DNA of 44,353 nt from an uncultured Gammaproteobacteria bacterium (GCA_964566675.1 CAZMJG010000001.1:1-44353); one strand, 5' to 3'. Shown: positions 26,582-36,930, counted from the stretch's first letter. Notes: generated by a model from the sequence alone, not told the origin. Translations and numbers: made by a program.

Positions 26582-27043
26582 ATGCTGAAAAGATTATATT
26601 GGCATATCCAAAAAAACGTATATAAATCAGAGGATAAAAATATACTACTGCTACGGCTTTTATTGCTTATTATAATGCTGTGTGTTATCTATCTAATTTT
26701 TGTTCCCTCTCAAACAAAAGATGTAAAACAGATACGGCGCTTTATAATAAATGGAGAAGAACATAGAGAAAACGAATTGTTTCGTATGAGTACTACGCAG
26801 CTTTGCGCGGCTGTCGCTGAAGCGAAGATTGCAATATTGGAGTCAGATATCATATCCGTTGCATTTCTGAAAAAACAAGAAGCTACACAGCAGTTTATCA
26901 CACTTCCAGAGCCAGTAATATATGAGGTAAAAGATGGAGATTGTATTCCCACTTTTCCATTATGTCAGAATAATATATTCAAATATTGTTTTAGCATTGA
27001 TACACATCAAATACCCATTAAAATAAATTATAAGCTAATCTAA
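26582..27043 (+). CDS. Membrane-anchored hypothetical protein
   Basis: ORF with TM LLLRLLLLIIMLCVIYLIFV; an ATG at 26582 lies inside the listed ORF. Confidence 0.45.
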   Translation: MLKRLYWHIQKNVYKSEDKNILLLRLLLLIIMLCVIYLIFVPSQTKDVKQIRRFIINGEEHRENELFRMSTTQLCAAVAEAKIAILESDIISVAFLKKQEATQQFITLPEPVIYEVKDGDCIPTFPLCQNNIFKYCFSIDTHQIPIKINYKLI

Positions 27044-27092
27044 ATTCACGTCTTACATTGTCCTTATATTCTGAAATGCTATAATATAGGCT

Positions 27093-27968
27093 GTGACAGA
27101 ACTGCTTTTATATAAAGAACATTATGCTGCTTTCTCACTAAAATCTTTTAGTGAGGGAAAAAAATCGGCACTGAGTGACGATTTAATTTTGGCAGGTGAA
27201 ACATCTATGACAGTCATTGATGGCGCAACTGCTGCAGTACCATTTAACCTAGAAGGACTGACGAGTGGGCAATTTGCTGCAAAGAATATAGCCAATATAT
27301 TGGGGACAGTCGCACCAAATATCCACAGTGTGCAGCTAGCTGATGTATTAACTACTGCATTTAATCAAATACTCTTATCAAGTGCTGCTGCACCTTATAT
27401 CGCGGAAACTCCAGAAGCTCGGCCATGCGCATCCTTAGTTCATGCAACAATGTATAAGGATAAATTACATATAACTCAAATTGGTGATACAGCCTTTCGT
27501 ATAAACGGAAATCAATTATTTAAAAATGAAAAACAAATAGATAAATTGCACGCCGCTATACGTCAAAAAGTTATGTTAGATTTATTACAAATACGTCCCG
27601 ATATCGATACTGAGGAATTATTGATACGGGGACGACAGGCAATACAGCCACTAATCAAATTACAAAGGACATTGTATCAGAATAAAAAGTGCATGCGTGG
27701 TTATGGTGTCATAGATGGTAACCCGATACCACCTGAATTTATAAATTATTATACCTACCCTTTGAGCGCTATAGAGACGGTAGAAATATTTACCGATGGC
27801 TATTTTAAAGTTGCTGAAGAGCCTACTATTGAATCATGGGAACAAGCCTTTGAACAAGTAGAAGAGGAAGATCCTTATAAATATCTGACATATCCTTCAA
27901 CTAAAGGATCTATCCCTGGGCAGCAATATACAGATGATCGGGCGATTGCTATATGGCGCAGATCATAG
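27093..27968 (+). CDS. PP2C-like (PP2C_2-type) protein
   Basis: Aspartate-containing blocks MTVIDGATA, ITQIGDTAFRI and EIFTDGYF are spaced as in PP2C-family phosphatases. Confidence 0.4.
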   Translation: MTELLLYKEHYAAFSLKSFSEGKKSALSDDLILAGETSMTVIDGATAAVPFNLEGLTSGQFAAKNIANILGTVAPNIHSVQLADVLTTAFNQILLSSAAAPYIAETPEARPCASLVHATMYKDKLHITQIGDTAFRINGNQLFKNEKQIDKLHAAIRQKVMLDLLQIRPDIDTEELLIRGRQAIQPLIKLQRTLYQNKKCMRGYGVIDGNPIPPEFINYYTYPLSAIETVEIFTDGYFKVAEEPTIESWEQAFEQVEEEDPYKYLTYPSTKGSIPGQQYTDDRAIAIWRRS

Positions 27969-28721
27969 ATTATCATATACGTGGGGATCTGGTAACTCAA
28001 CAGAGGGGCAAACAAGTGGTTGTGCCGGAGTTGGAACGGCGGTCCACTCTTTGGGAATCCCAATATCTGATATTTCATTACCCTCCTTGGTAAAGACAAG
28101 ACTAGACAGAAGCATGGATATGCCGGTATCCTCTAGTAATGGCTTATTGCGAGGGGCTATACCTTGAAACTGATATATGTTTTTATCATATGTGATAAAA
28201 ACAATAACCTCGCCACTCCCTTCACAGCTTGAGGGATATCCCGCTATATAGATTGAAGCATTGTTTAGCAATTTTTCTCCGATTTCAGATGTATGTCCTA
28301 AATTAAAATCTGCTTTGTGCAACTCATACCACTGTCTTGCTGAAAGATTTTGAGGATTTTCATGAACCTGAAGATTCACCATACCTAGCTGTGAATGATA
28401 AATAGATTCTCCGTATACATCCCCGCCGTCTCCTGCTTGATCTGTATTTATTTGAGTGTCAACGGGAAACATGAATTTATATGGATAGTTCAAACTGGAG
28501 TACCATACACGAGTATTTAAATCTGCAGGAGTGGGGGTAAGTTGCCACGGCGCAGGTGTGGGTGCAGAAATAATTGATACCGGTGCTGGACCATGAAATC
28601 CCATTAGCAGCATTTGAGATGTTTGCAATAGAAGGAATAATATAAAAATTGCATTTAGTGTGAGGCTGCAAATCAAGATAAGTCGCTCTACTTTTGGAGA
28701 CATATATTTATAATATTGCAT
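27963..28721 (-). CDS. Membrane-anchored/secreted hypothetical protein
   Basis: N-terminal TM, then a Pro/Thr-rich linker. It lies downstream of the Lon-like gene on the same strand. Confidence 0.55.
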   Translation of the reverse strand: MQYYKYMSPKVERLILICSLTLNAIFILFLLLQTSQMLLMGFHGPAPVSIISAPTPAPWQLTPTPADLNTRVWYSSLNYPYKFMFPVDTQINTDQAGDGGDVYGESIYHSQLGMVNLQVHENPQNLSARQWYELHKADFNLGHTSEIGEKLLNNASIYIAGYPSSCEGSGEVIVFITYDKNIYQFQGIAPRNKPLLEDTGISMLLSSLVFTKEGNEISDIGIPKEWTAVPTPAQPLVCPSVELPDPHVYDNL

Positions 28722-28797
28722 TCCTTACAAATGTGCAAGAGAACTAGGAGGGCATTTATATCCTCAGCATAGGTAGATACTCATGCATAAACTCATT

Positions 28798-29841
28798 TTA
28801 TTTATAGTCTCTCACATTATTGGTATTTATGTAGATATTGGTGGCTTCCCCAGACACAATTTTGTAGGCTACTTTGCGCACCATTGTTTCGACAAAGCGC
28901 TCGAGGCTACGGATACCAGGCTCAAATCCCAATGGTCGGACAAGCTCAGGCCAAAGATTTTCATCTACGGTAATTTGTTCTGGAGTAAGGCCTGCGTTTT
29001 TGACATATTTGGGCAAAATATATGTTTTTCCAATCTGAATTTTCTCCTCATCCGTGTATGACGGCATTTGGATTAATTCAAGACGATCTAAAACAGGAGG
29101 TGCTATATTGGCTGTATTGTTGGCTGTCGCGCAAAAGATAACATTGGATAGATCAAAGGGAAAATCGATAAAATAATCGGTAAAATGAGCATTTTGATTG
29201 GGGTCTAGAAGCTCAAGGAGAACACCCATGATAGCACCGCGTGACTCTGGTGTGACACGGTCAAGCTCATCTAGCAAAATGACTGGGTTTTTGACTTTTA
29301 CCGCACGTAGTGCTTTGATAATTTTGCCTGGCTCTGACTCAGGAGAAGTCTTGGACTGACCACGTAAATCCGAGGCAGATGCCAAACCTCCAAAGGGGAT
29401 ACGTACGATCTGCCGACCTAGTGCTTCGGCAATGGAAAGAGAAAATGTAGTTTTACCTGTACCTGCTAACCCTACAAAAAAGAGCGGGCGAACATGTATA
29501 GCTGAGGCGTGAAGTGTCTCTTTTTGCAGTTTATATATGGCTAAGTACTCCATAATGCGACGTTTTATTTTTTCTAGGCCGAAATGGTTTTTATCAAGAA
29601 GGGCTTTTGTTTTAGGAATATCGACGGTATCGATAGATTCTTTATCCCAGGGTAAATTGACAATCCAATCAACATATTTTTCGATGACATCTAGATGTGA
29701 TAAATTACCTCCAAAGCGGAGAGATAAACGGATGCGCTCTATTTGCTCGCTTGCTTTTTCTTGCAAGTTAGCAGGCAGCTTCGCAGCCTGCAATTTCTCT
29801 TTTAGCTTTATTATTTCCGATAAATCCTGAGTATTATCCAT
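28798..29841 (-). CDS. Lon-type AAA+ ATPase module without LAN N-domain and without S16 protease domain
   Basis: IEKYVDWIVNLPWDK, HFGLEKIKRRIMEYLA, Walker A GLAGTGKTT, LGGLASASDLRGQSKTSPESEPGKIIKAL and Walker B ILLDELD closely follow the Lon A-domain pattern. The ORF stops at the AAA/protease boundary. ATG at 29841 is preferred. Confidence 0.75.
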   Translation of the reverse strand: MDNTQDLSEIIKLKEKLQAAKLPANLQEKASEQIERIRLSLRFGGNLSHLDVIEKYVDWIVNLPWDKESIDTVDIPKTKALLDKNHFGLEKIKRRIMEYLAIYKLQKETLHASAIHVRPLFFVGLAGTGKTTFSLSIAEALGRQIVRIPFGGLASASDLRGQSKTSPESEPGKIIKALRAVKVKNPVILLDELDRVTPESRGAIMGVLLELLDPNQNAHFTDYFIDFPFDLSNVIFCATANNTANIAPPVLDRLELIQMPSYTDEEKIQIGKTYILPKYVKNAGLTPEQITVDENLWPELVRPLGFEPGIRSLERFVETMVRKVAYKIVSGEATNIYINTNNVRDYK

Positions 29842-29865
29842 ATGTTTAGCAGACGAACATCCCAC

Positions 29866-29894
29866 TTGACAAAAATAAGAATTTTGATTAAGAT
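29866..29894 (+). promoter_or_regulatory. Sigma70-like promoter TTGACA-N17-TAAGAT upstream of groES
   Basis: Hexamers and 17-nt spacer counted directly, about 145 nt upstream of the groES ATG. Confidence 0.45.
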
Positions 29895-29903
29895 AAATCT
29901 TGG

Positions 29904-29997
29904 TTAGTCAGTAAGTAAGTCAGTGAATAAGTCGGTTAGTTTTTAGTTCTACTGAGATTATCGACTCATGGACTGATAGACTTACGGACGAACTAAC
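29904..29997. promoter_or_regulatory. Array of T(A/T)AGTC-type repeats (three direct at 12-nt period, three inverted at 8-nt period) in the groES leader
   Basis: TTAGTCAGT at 29904, TAAGTCAGT at 29916, TAAGTCGGT at 29928. GACTCA at 29963, GACTGA at 29971, GACTTA at 29979. Outer arms GTTAGTCAGTAAGTAAGTC and GACTTACGGACGAACTAAC are imperfectly complementary. Confidence 0.45.
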
Positions 29998-30039
29998 ATA
30001 AACGCATTAACTATTTATAAGTTTAAATATATCAAAATT

Positions 30040-30348
30040 ATGGCTAACAAACAAAACATACAGCCTTTGTTTGATTATGTGCTGGTGAAGCCTCTGAAAA
30101 TGAATGAGGTAACCGCTTCAGGTATCGTACTCCCGGATACTGTAAAGGAAAAACCACAAATGGGAGAAATTATGGCAATTGGTGATGGAGGCGCTTGTGA
30201 CTGCAAAGATGGTGGATGCAAAACAAAAATGGTCGTCAAGGTAGGCCAGAAAGTGGTCTATAAAAAATGGGGTGGCAATGAAATTAAAGTTGGCAATGAA
30301 GAATGGTTACTCATCGAACAGAAAGATGTGATGGCAGTCATCCAATGA
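30040..30348 (+). CDS. groES: Co-chaperonin GroES
   Basis: IQPLFDYVLVKP, ASGIVLPD mobile loop, and position upstream of groEL. Confidence 0.9.
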   Translation: MANKQNIQPLFDYVLVKPLKMNEVTASGIVLPDTVKEKPQMGEIMAIGDGGACDCKDGGCKTKMVVKVGQKVVYKKWGGNEIKVGNEEWLLIEQKDVMAVIQ

Positions 30349-30410
30349 TGGCAAATGCATCATTAGTCTTTATTCATTAGTAATTAATTAAAAGTTTATT
30401 ATGTAAGTTT

Positions 30411-32063
30411 ATGGCAAAACAGGTTATATACGGCGATGAAGCTCGTCAGAAACTCGCAAGCGGTGTAAACCAACTCGCTCGTGCAGTAACAACAACACTT
30501 GGTCCACGTGGACGCAATGTGGGAATTGATCGAAAATGGGGCGCACCAACCGTGATTCACGATGGTGTGACTGTCGCAAAAGAAATTGAACTGGAAGACC
30601 CATTTGAAAATATGGGTGCTCAAATGGTAAAAGAAGCAGCATCAAAAACAAATGATGTGGCAGGAGATGGTACAACATCTTCGACACTGCTCACCCAAGC
30701 CATGGTAAATTTGGGACTTCGCAATATAACAGCGGGTGCAAACCCAATGATCTTAAAGCGAGGTATGGACCAAGCAACCGAAGAAGTGGTAAAACAAGTC
30801 CAGAAAATGGCAAAAAAGATACCAACTGATGATATATCTCAGATCACACAGGTCGCCACAATCTCTGCTGCAAGTGAAGAAATCGGCAAGTTGATTGCTG
30901 AGGCAATAAAAAAGGTAGGAAAAGATGGCGTCGTGACTGTAGAAGAAGGTAAAGGCCTTCAGATGGAAAGTGAGCACAAGGAAGGTATGGAATTTGATCG
31001 GGGCTATGCTTCAGCATATTTCGTGACAAATTCTGACCGTATGGAAGCTGAAATAGAAGATCCATATATCTTGATCACTGATAAGAAAATATCAGCTGTT
31101 GCTGACATGCTTCCGTTTCTTGAGAAAGTAGTAAAAATCTCAAAGAATATCGTTATCATCGCTGATGATGTTGATGGTGAGGCACTTGCAACACTCGTCG
31201 TAAATAAAATCCGTGGAACATTCAACGCACTTGTTGTAAAGGCTCCAGGATTTGGTGATAGACGAAAAGCCATGCTTGAAGATATCGCAATCCTTACTGG
31301 AGGAACTGTGATCTCTGAAGATCTTGGCAAGAAACTTGACAATGTGGAAATCGAGGATATGGGCCGTGCTGATAAAATATGGGCGGATAAAGAAAATACC
31401 CGTATCGTAGGTGGTAAGGGTGACAAAAAAGCCCTAACTAACCGGATTGCTCAGATCCGTCGTGAAATGGATACAACCACATCTGATTTTGACCGAGAGA
31501 AACTGCAGGAGCGACTGGCAAAACTCGCAGGTGGAGTCGTCGTTATAAAGGTCGGTGCAGCAACCGAAGTAGAAATGAAAGAAAAGAAAGAACGTGTCAA
31601 TGACGCAGTTGCAGCAACGAAAGCAGCTCTTGAAGAAGGAATCGTGGCTGGTGGAGGTACTACGTATCTTCAGGCTCGAAAGGCCCTTGCAGCTATACGA
31701 GAAAAGATGGAATTTGATGAAGAAAAGACGGGTGTAGACATAATCTACAACGCACTTGCCGAACCAATCCAGATGATTGCTAAAAATAGCGGTATGGAGC
31801 CAGGCCGTGTGATGTATCAGATCGAACAGAAGAATGATCCTGATTTCGGATTTGATGCTATGACTCGTGAATTTGGATCGATGTTTAAGAGAGGTATTGT
31901 AGACCCAGCAAAAGTCGTACGCACAGCTATACAAAATGCGTCGTCGATTGCAGCTGCAATCCTGACCACAGAAGCTTTGGTCGCAGATATTCCAAAGAAG
32001 GAAGAACCTGCTATGCCAGGTGGTGGTATGGGAGGCATGGGTGGCGGTATGGGTATGTATTAA
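30411..32063 (+). CDS. groEL: Chaperonin GroEL
   Basis: [11 protein letters not shown], full-length conservation, and a C-terminal [13 protein letters not shown] tail. Confidence 0.97.
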   Translation: MAKQVIYGDEARQKLASGVNQLARAVTTTLGPRGRNVGIDRKWGAPTVIHDGVTVAKEIELEDPFENMGAQMVKEAASKTNDVAGDGTTSSTLLTQAMVNLGLRNITAGANPMILKRGMDQATEEVVKQVQKMAKKIPTDDISQITQVATISAASEEIGKLIAEAIKKVGKDGVVTVEEGKGLQMESEHKEGMEFDRGYASAYFVTNSDRMEAEIEDPYILITDKKISAVADMLPFLEKVVKISKNIVIIADDVDGEALATLVVNKIRGTFNALVVKAPGFGDRRKAMLEDIAILTGGTVISEDLGKKLDNVEIEDMGRADKIWADKENTRIVGGKGDKKALTNRIAQIRREMDTTTSDFDREKLQERLAKLAGGVVVIKVGAATEVEMKEKKERVNDAVAATKAALEEGIVAGGGTTYLQARKALAAIREKMEFDEEKTGVDIIYNALAEPIQMIAKNSGMEPGRVMYQIEQKNDPDFGFDAMTREFGSMFKRGIVDPAKVVRTAIQNASSIAAAILTTEALVADIPKKEEPAMPGGGMGGMGGGMGMY

Positions 32064-32080
32064 TATCGCGCTTCGTGCAC

Positions 32081-32115
32081 AAAAAGACCCCGTCAATTGG
32101 CGGGGTCTTTTTTTT
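32081..32115 (+). terminator. Rho-independent terminator after groEL
   Basis: GACCCCG (32086-32092) / CGGGGTC (32101-32107) stem followed by T8. Confidence 0.85.
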
Positions 32116-32237
32116 AAGCACTGTCAATAACTCTCAAGTCCTGCGAGGTGTGACAAAGTAATTTTTTTCATGATCACGCATTCGTGAGGATGACGACGAG
32201 ACGTACTCCTTGTATCTGTAAAAATGATACTGAAGAA

Positions 32238-32843
32238 TTAGTGCACGGTTTTTTTGCCGAGGTTATCGACTATACGGGGGAGATCGGAAAGTGGGTGAAG
32301 GTGACTGACACTTTTGGTTTCATCAAGAGTATAAATATCGATGCGGCCGATTTTCATCTCGACATCGTATTCACCAATAATATTGTCAAGAAGTATAAAT
32401 ACGATATGATAGACACGGGAATCTTCGCTATCTACGTCTTCGACATAGACATTGAGATTTACTTTATTGTCATCATAATCATAGTCAAACAATATTTCAT
32501 CTGGACTAAGTACAACATCTTCGATTTCGACTTCCATATCGAGGTCTTTTTTACGCTGGCGAAACGGTATGATATTCCAGCTATCAAATTGAGGCGCGGA
32601 CCGCACGAGGTCAATGACGGCCGGAAATGCTTCTTTGAGGCCATTGGCACTGATGATAAAGTCACGTTTGCCATCTAACTCTGGAGTTATCTCAAATACC
32701 AAATCCGGATGAATTTGTTGAATCTGATGGAGAGTCTCGGGAAGGAGTTTCTCCTGATACAGCTCAAAAAAGAAGAGCTTATCAGATTTGGCTGAAAACC
32801 AATCCCAAAATGATTGTTCTTTTGTTTCGGTAGATCCTTGCAT
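32238..32843 (-). CDS. Acidic hypothetical protein (201 aa)
   Basis: ORF; Asp/Glu-rich; no motif confidently recognised. Confidence 0.55.
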   Translation of the reverse strand: MQGSTETKEQSFWDWFSAKSDKLFFFELYQEKLLPETLHQIQQIHPDLVFEITPELDGKRDFIISANGLKEAFPAVIDLVRSAPQFDSWNIIPFRQRKKDLDMEVEIEDVVLSPDEILFDYDYDDNKVNLNVYVEDVDSEDSRVYHIVFILLDNIIGEYDVEMKIGRIDIYTLDETKSVSHLHPLSDLPRIVDNLGKKTVH

Positions 32844-32900
32844 ACGTATGCAGGAATTGTAGCATAAAATGAGGAAAAAAGGGATTAGATTAAGCCTTCT

Positions 32901-33893
32901 TTAGAGAGTATTCTGAGCTTTATTTGTCATAAAGCCTTGAATATTGTCCATGGTCGTATAGATAATGCGTTCTAGAGCTTCTTTACTATTGAATGCATTG
33001 TGCGGGGTAATAATGACTTTTGGGTGGCTGAGTAATATGTGTTCAAGGACAAGCGTTTTTAAATCGACATTTTCTTTGTAGGATTTGGTGAGAATTTCGA
33101 TTTCTTCTTCGAGCTTCGCTTCATTTTCCAGTACATCTAGTCCCACACCATGCAACACATTATTCTCTAGTGCCAAGATGATAGCTTCTGTCTCTATAAG
33201 TCCGCCTCTTGATGTATTTATGAGATAACTACCTCGTTTAAAGTACTTGATATTGTCTTTGTTGATAATATGGTGTGTAGCTTTGGAATAGGGAATATGT
33301 AGCGAGATGATATCTGACTTTAGGAGGAGCTCGTTGAGATCAGCATAGGTAAAGCCGTGTTCGTGTGCAAGTTCTTCATTGCGGGTACGGGTATAGACAA
33401 GGACATTCATACCGAAACCTTTGGCGATTTTAAGTGTTTCTATACCTATTTTACCCAGCCCAATAATGCCAATAGTCTTATTGAAAATATCTATACCTCG
33501 AATATCTGCACGATCAAAATCGAGAAGGCGCGTCTTGGCAACTGATTGATACATACGGCGAGTGAGGGCAAGAATAAGTGCAAAAGTATGTTCTGCCACA
33601 GTGCGCGAACCGTACTCGGGGACATTCGAGACAATGATACCTTTGGATTTTGCATACGCGACATCTATATGATCAAAACCGGTAGATCGAGTGGCAATCA
33701 TTTTAAGGCCGGGTATCGCATCTATAATATCTTTTTTCAGTTGGGAATAGATAAAACATGAAACAATTTCTGCATCTTTATACTGCTCTATATTGTGGGT
33801 ATCAGGTTTATCGTGAGTGAGAATTGCCTCGGGGAACTGTTTTTGCAGTATGGGCATCTCCCAATCTTCTACTTCGAAAAAAACAATCTTCAT
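32901..33893 (-). CDS. D-isomer-specific 2-hydroxyacid dehydrogenase (D-lactate dehydrogenase-like)
   Basis: NAD-binding GIIGLGKIGIE and catalytic-region pattern LINTSRGGLI...HPKVIITPH. Confidence 0.85.
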   Translation of the reverse strand: MKIVFFEVEDWEMPILQKQFPEAILTHDKPDTHNIEQYKDAEIVSCFIYSQLKKDIIDAIPGLKMIATRSTGFDHIDVAYAKSKGIIVSNVPEYGSRTVAEHTFALILALTRRMYQSVAKTRLLDFDRADIRGIDIFNKTIGIIGLGKIGIETLKIAKGFGMNVLVYTRTRNEELAHEHGFTYADLNELLLKSDIISLHIPYSKATHHIINKDNIKYFKRGSYLINTSRGGLIETEAIILALENNVLHGVGLDVLENEAKLEEEIEILTKSYKENVDLKTLVLEHILLSHPKVIITPHNAFNSKEALERIIYTTMDNIQGFMTNKAQNTL

Positions 33894-34131
33894 AGCTTTG
33901 ATTATACAGGATATATATATGCTTATTGTGATGTTAGTTGGATATAAAAAAAAGTCCCCTAATGAATTTCTTACATCTAGTATTTTAGATTATTGGGGCA
34001 GTGTGTATATGTTTAATAAACTGAACTATTTGTAAAGGAGGGCTCAAATGGGGGTTGTATTTTGAGTAGGTTTTTTTACAATAAAGGGAACAAAAAAGTC
34101 TGCTTGCATCCACACTATTTTATTTATTCCT

Positions 34132-35442
34132 ATGGAATCAGTAACGCACAATTTACAAGATATTGTATATAAATCACTCCTTTCAATGTCGACTGAGAAA
34201 GGAATTAACGCCTCAGGGAGAGAGGAAGTATATGGTTGTATTTTCGGCCGAGACAGCGCAATTACAATACTAAAAATACTTAAGGTATGTCGGCAAAATT
34301 CTCATAATACCTCAATTGATCGAGAGGAACTTTTGAAAGTATCAAGACGTGCTCTACTCACGTTAACTCAACTACAAGGACAATGGGTAAATATGGAAAG
34401 TGGTGAAGAACCCGGGAAATTCATACACGAATATCGAACTGAACGTTTTGAACACCTAGTAGCATTGACTCCTTCTTGGTATGTTTACCCCGATAATACA
34501 CTGCGTAATTATGATTCGTTGGATGCCACTCCCTTGACACTTATCGCTATATATAACTATTTTGAACTCACACATGATACGGCTTTTATATCACAGGTAC
34601 TGCCTGCAGTAGAAAAAGGGCTTGAGTGGATGCTTTCGAAAGGAGACCCCGATAACGATGGCTTTACGGAATATGAATTTAGTAGCGAGAGAAAATATGG
34701 AGGCCTTCGTGTACAGTCGTGGACCGACTCTATAGAATCGTTGCAGCAGGCTGATGGGACATTCCCCTTGTATCCCATTGCACCTGTTGAGGTACAAGGT
34801 TACTACTGGTTGGCTTTGAAGCTGTGGGCTGATTTCTTTGGCGAAACTAAGCAAGCCAAAGCCCAACAGTACAGTAAAAAATTGTTGAAGCGAGCGCAGT
34901 TCACGAAAAAACAATTTAATAAGCAATTTTTTATGAAAGATGCGGGGTATATGTACCCAGTACAGGCTTTGGATGGACATAAAAAACAAATACGAACTGT
35001 GACCGGGAATCCATTACTCTTGCTATGGGCAACCTATAGAAACGAAGATATGAGAGAGTGTATCGTGGATACGATGTATCTGCAAGATATGGTGGCACGG
35101 GCGTTTATGGCAGATATGTTTGACGAGGAGGCGGGAATCCGTACTATGAGTACACTTTCTAAAACGTATGATCCATCGCAGAACTCGTATCATAATGGTA
35201 GTTTCTGGCCAAAGCTTAATGGTTTAGCCCATGAGGGCCTAATGAAATGGGGATTTCATGAAGAGGCCCGAAAGCTACGACTTGCTTCGTTGAAGCCTCT
35301 TGAGTATTTTCAGTCTCCTATAGAGCTCTATATAAAAACAGGTGACGGGACCTATGCCGAGTATAAAAATGGATACGGCCAGGTGAGTTGCCGTGAGCAG
35401 GCTTGGAGCGCAGCGGCTGCACTGGATATGTTGACAATATAG
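34132..35442 (+). CDS. Amylo-alpha-1,6-glucosidase / glycogen-debranching-enzyme C-terminal-type (alpha/alpha)6 glycoside hydrolase
   Basis: CIFGRDSAITIL, QSWTDS and SFWP patterns typical of the GDE_C family. Confidence 0.65.
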   Translation: MESVTHNLQDIVYKSLLSMSTEKGINASGREEVYGCIFGRDSAITILKILKVCRQNSHNTSIDREELLKVSRRALLTLTQLQGQWVNMESGEEPGKFIHEYRTERFEHLVALTPSWYVYPDNTLRNYDSLDATPLTLIAIYNYFELTHDTAFISQVLPAVEKGLEWMLSKGDPDNDGFTEYEFSSERKYGGLRVQSWTDSIESLQQADGTFPLYPIAPVEVQGYYWLALKLWADFFGETKQAKAQQYSKKLLKRAQFTKKQFNKQFFMKDAGYMYPVQALDGHKKQIRTVTGNPLLLLWATYRNEDMRECIVDTMYLQDMVARAFMADMFDEEAGIRTMSTLSKTYDPSQNSYHNGSFWPKLNGLAHEGLMKWGFHEEARKLRLASLKPLEYFQSPIELYIKTGDGTYAEYKNGYGQVSCREQAWSAAAALDMLTI

Positions 35443-35487
35443 TATCTATTACACTCCGTTTACAATCTTGTAGTATAAATAGTCCAC

Positions 35488-36930
35488 ATGGCAACGACAC
35501 AATTACAGACCCTGTTAAAAGGGCGAAAGCTTATAGTGGCTCTCAATAGCCAACCCTACACACATTATAAAACTCATAGCGGTATACAGGTTAAACGAGG
35601 CTCAGGCGGCGCACAACACCTGCTTGATTACGTGATGAAAAAAACAGGAGGTACGATGATTGCGCTCAGCTCTGGGAATGCTGATAAAGATGTAGTAAAT
35701 AAAGAAAATAAGATTGAAGTACCGGTCGCCAAACCTCTCTATACACTCAAAAGACTTTTTATAGGAAAAGAAGAATATGATCGGTACTACAATGGCTTTG
35801 CAAACCAAACATTGTGGCCATTGTGCCACCTGGCCTTTGTAAAGCCCTCATTTGAGCGGAAGTGGTGGCTTGCGTATAAAAAGGTAAATGAACTATTTGC
35901 TCAGCAAATTATTGCGGAAATAAAAGATGATAATACATTTGTATGGGTCAATGATTTTCATTTGGCTCTCGTGCCTAAGCTACTAAAAGATCATAATCCA
36001 AATATTAAAGTTGGAATGTTTTGGCATATCCCCTGGCCGATACGCCAGATTTTTTCTATATGTCCGTGGACAAAAGAACTCCTTGAAGGGATGCTGGCCG
36101 CTGACTTCATAGGCTTTCATAGACAATCATATGCTGACAATTTTATTGACATTGTGACAGAAGAACTGAATATTTTTATCATGCCGCATGATGACACTGT
36201 GTACTATAAAAAACATGAAACAAAAACAGGCGCACTGCCGGCAGGCATAGATTTTCAGGAGATACATACATACGCCGAGTCGCTGACGAGCAGTGAAGAT
36301 AAAGTAAAACAGGAACTTGATATAGATTTTGAGCAGCTTATCGTGGGAGTAGATCGCATAGACTACACCAAAGGGCTGATGGAACGTATCACAATACTTG
36401 ATAATTTTTTTGAAAAATATCCCGAATTTATAGGAAAACTCGTACACTTGCTGATTGGTGCCCCTTCACGAGAGAAAGTACCAACATATAAAGAACTGAC
36501 TTTAGATCTGATCAAGGTGATAGACCAACTAAACTGGAAATACAGTGAAGGAAGCTGGAACCCTGTACATTTTGTACATCAGTCGGTGGACCCTATGAAG
36601 GTATATTTGTACTATAATGCTGCAGATGTATGTATGGTAACCTCACTTGATGACGGGATGAACTTGGTCGCGAAAGAATACCCGATTTGTACACGGGAGC
36701 ATAAAGGTGCCCTTCTTTTGTCTAAATATACCGGAGCATCGCAAGAACTCCCGACTGCGTACCCAATAAACCCATTTAATGTGACAGATGCTGTAGAGAA
36801 GCTCTATACAGCGCTCACTGCCTCGACGACAGAGAAACAGCAACGGATTGCAGCCATGAGAAAAAATTTGCAACTCAATGATATAGATAGCTGGGCAAAA
36901 AAGTTTGTAGAAAAGACTTTGCGAGTTTAA
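35488..36930 (+). CDS. otsA: Trehalose-6-phosphate synthase (GT20)
   Basis: YYNGFANQTLWPLCH, VNDFHLALVPKLLK, VGVDRIDYTKG and NLVAKEY motifs. Confidence 0.85.
   Translation: MATTQLQTLLKGRKLIVALNSQPYTHYKTHSGIQVKRGSGGAQHLLDYVMKKTGGTMIALSSGNADKDVVNKENKIEVPVAKPLYTLKRLFIGKEEYDRYYNGFANQTLWPLCHLAFVKPSFERKWWLAYKKVNELFAQQIIAEIKDDNTFVWVNDFHLALVPKLLKDHNPNIKVGMFWHIPWPIRQIFSICPWTKELLEGMLAADFIGFHRQSYADNFIDIVTEELNIFIMPHDDTVYYKKHETKTGALPAGIDFQEIHTYAESLTSSEDKVKQELDIDFEQLIVGVDRIDYTKGLMERITILDNFFEKYPEFIGKLVHLLIGAPSREKVPTYKELTLDLIKVIDQLNWKYSEGSWNPVHFVHQSVDPMKVYLYYNAADVCMVTSLDDGMNLVAKEYPICTREHKGALLLSKYTGASQELPTAYPINPFNVTDAVEKLYTALTASTTEKQQRIAAMRKNLQLNDIDSWAKKFVEKTLRV

Noticed and set aside
29904-29930. CIRCE (HrcA operator) upstream of groES
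   Set aside because: TTAGTCAGT-N9-AGTGAATAA has the right length, but matches the consensus TTAGCACTC-N9-GAGTGCTAA at only about 4/9 and 3-5/9 positions and is not a clean palindrome.
30399-32096. Several 70-220 aa ORFs antisense or out of frame within groEL
   Set aside because: They overlap a full-length, highly conserved groEL. Their compositions (Cys/His/Ser/Phe-rich) are typical of non-coding frames.
32184-32678. 164-aa + strand ORF
   Set aside because: It is antisense to the 201-aa minus-strand ORF. Its repetitive Ile/Phe/Asp composition mirrors the acidic gene on the other strand, so the minus-strand ORF is preferred, though neither has a recognised domain.
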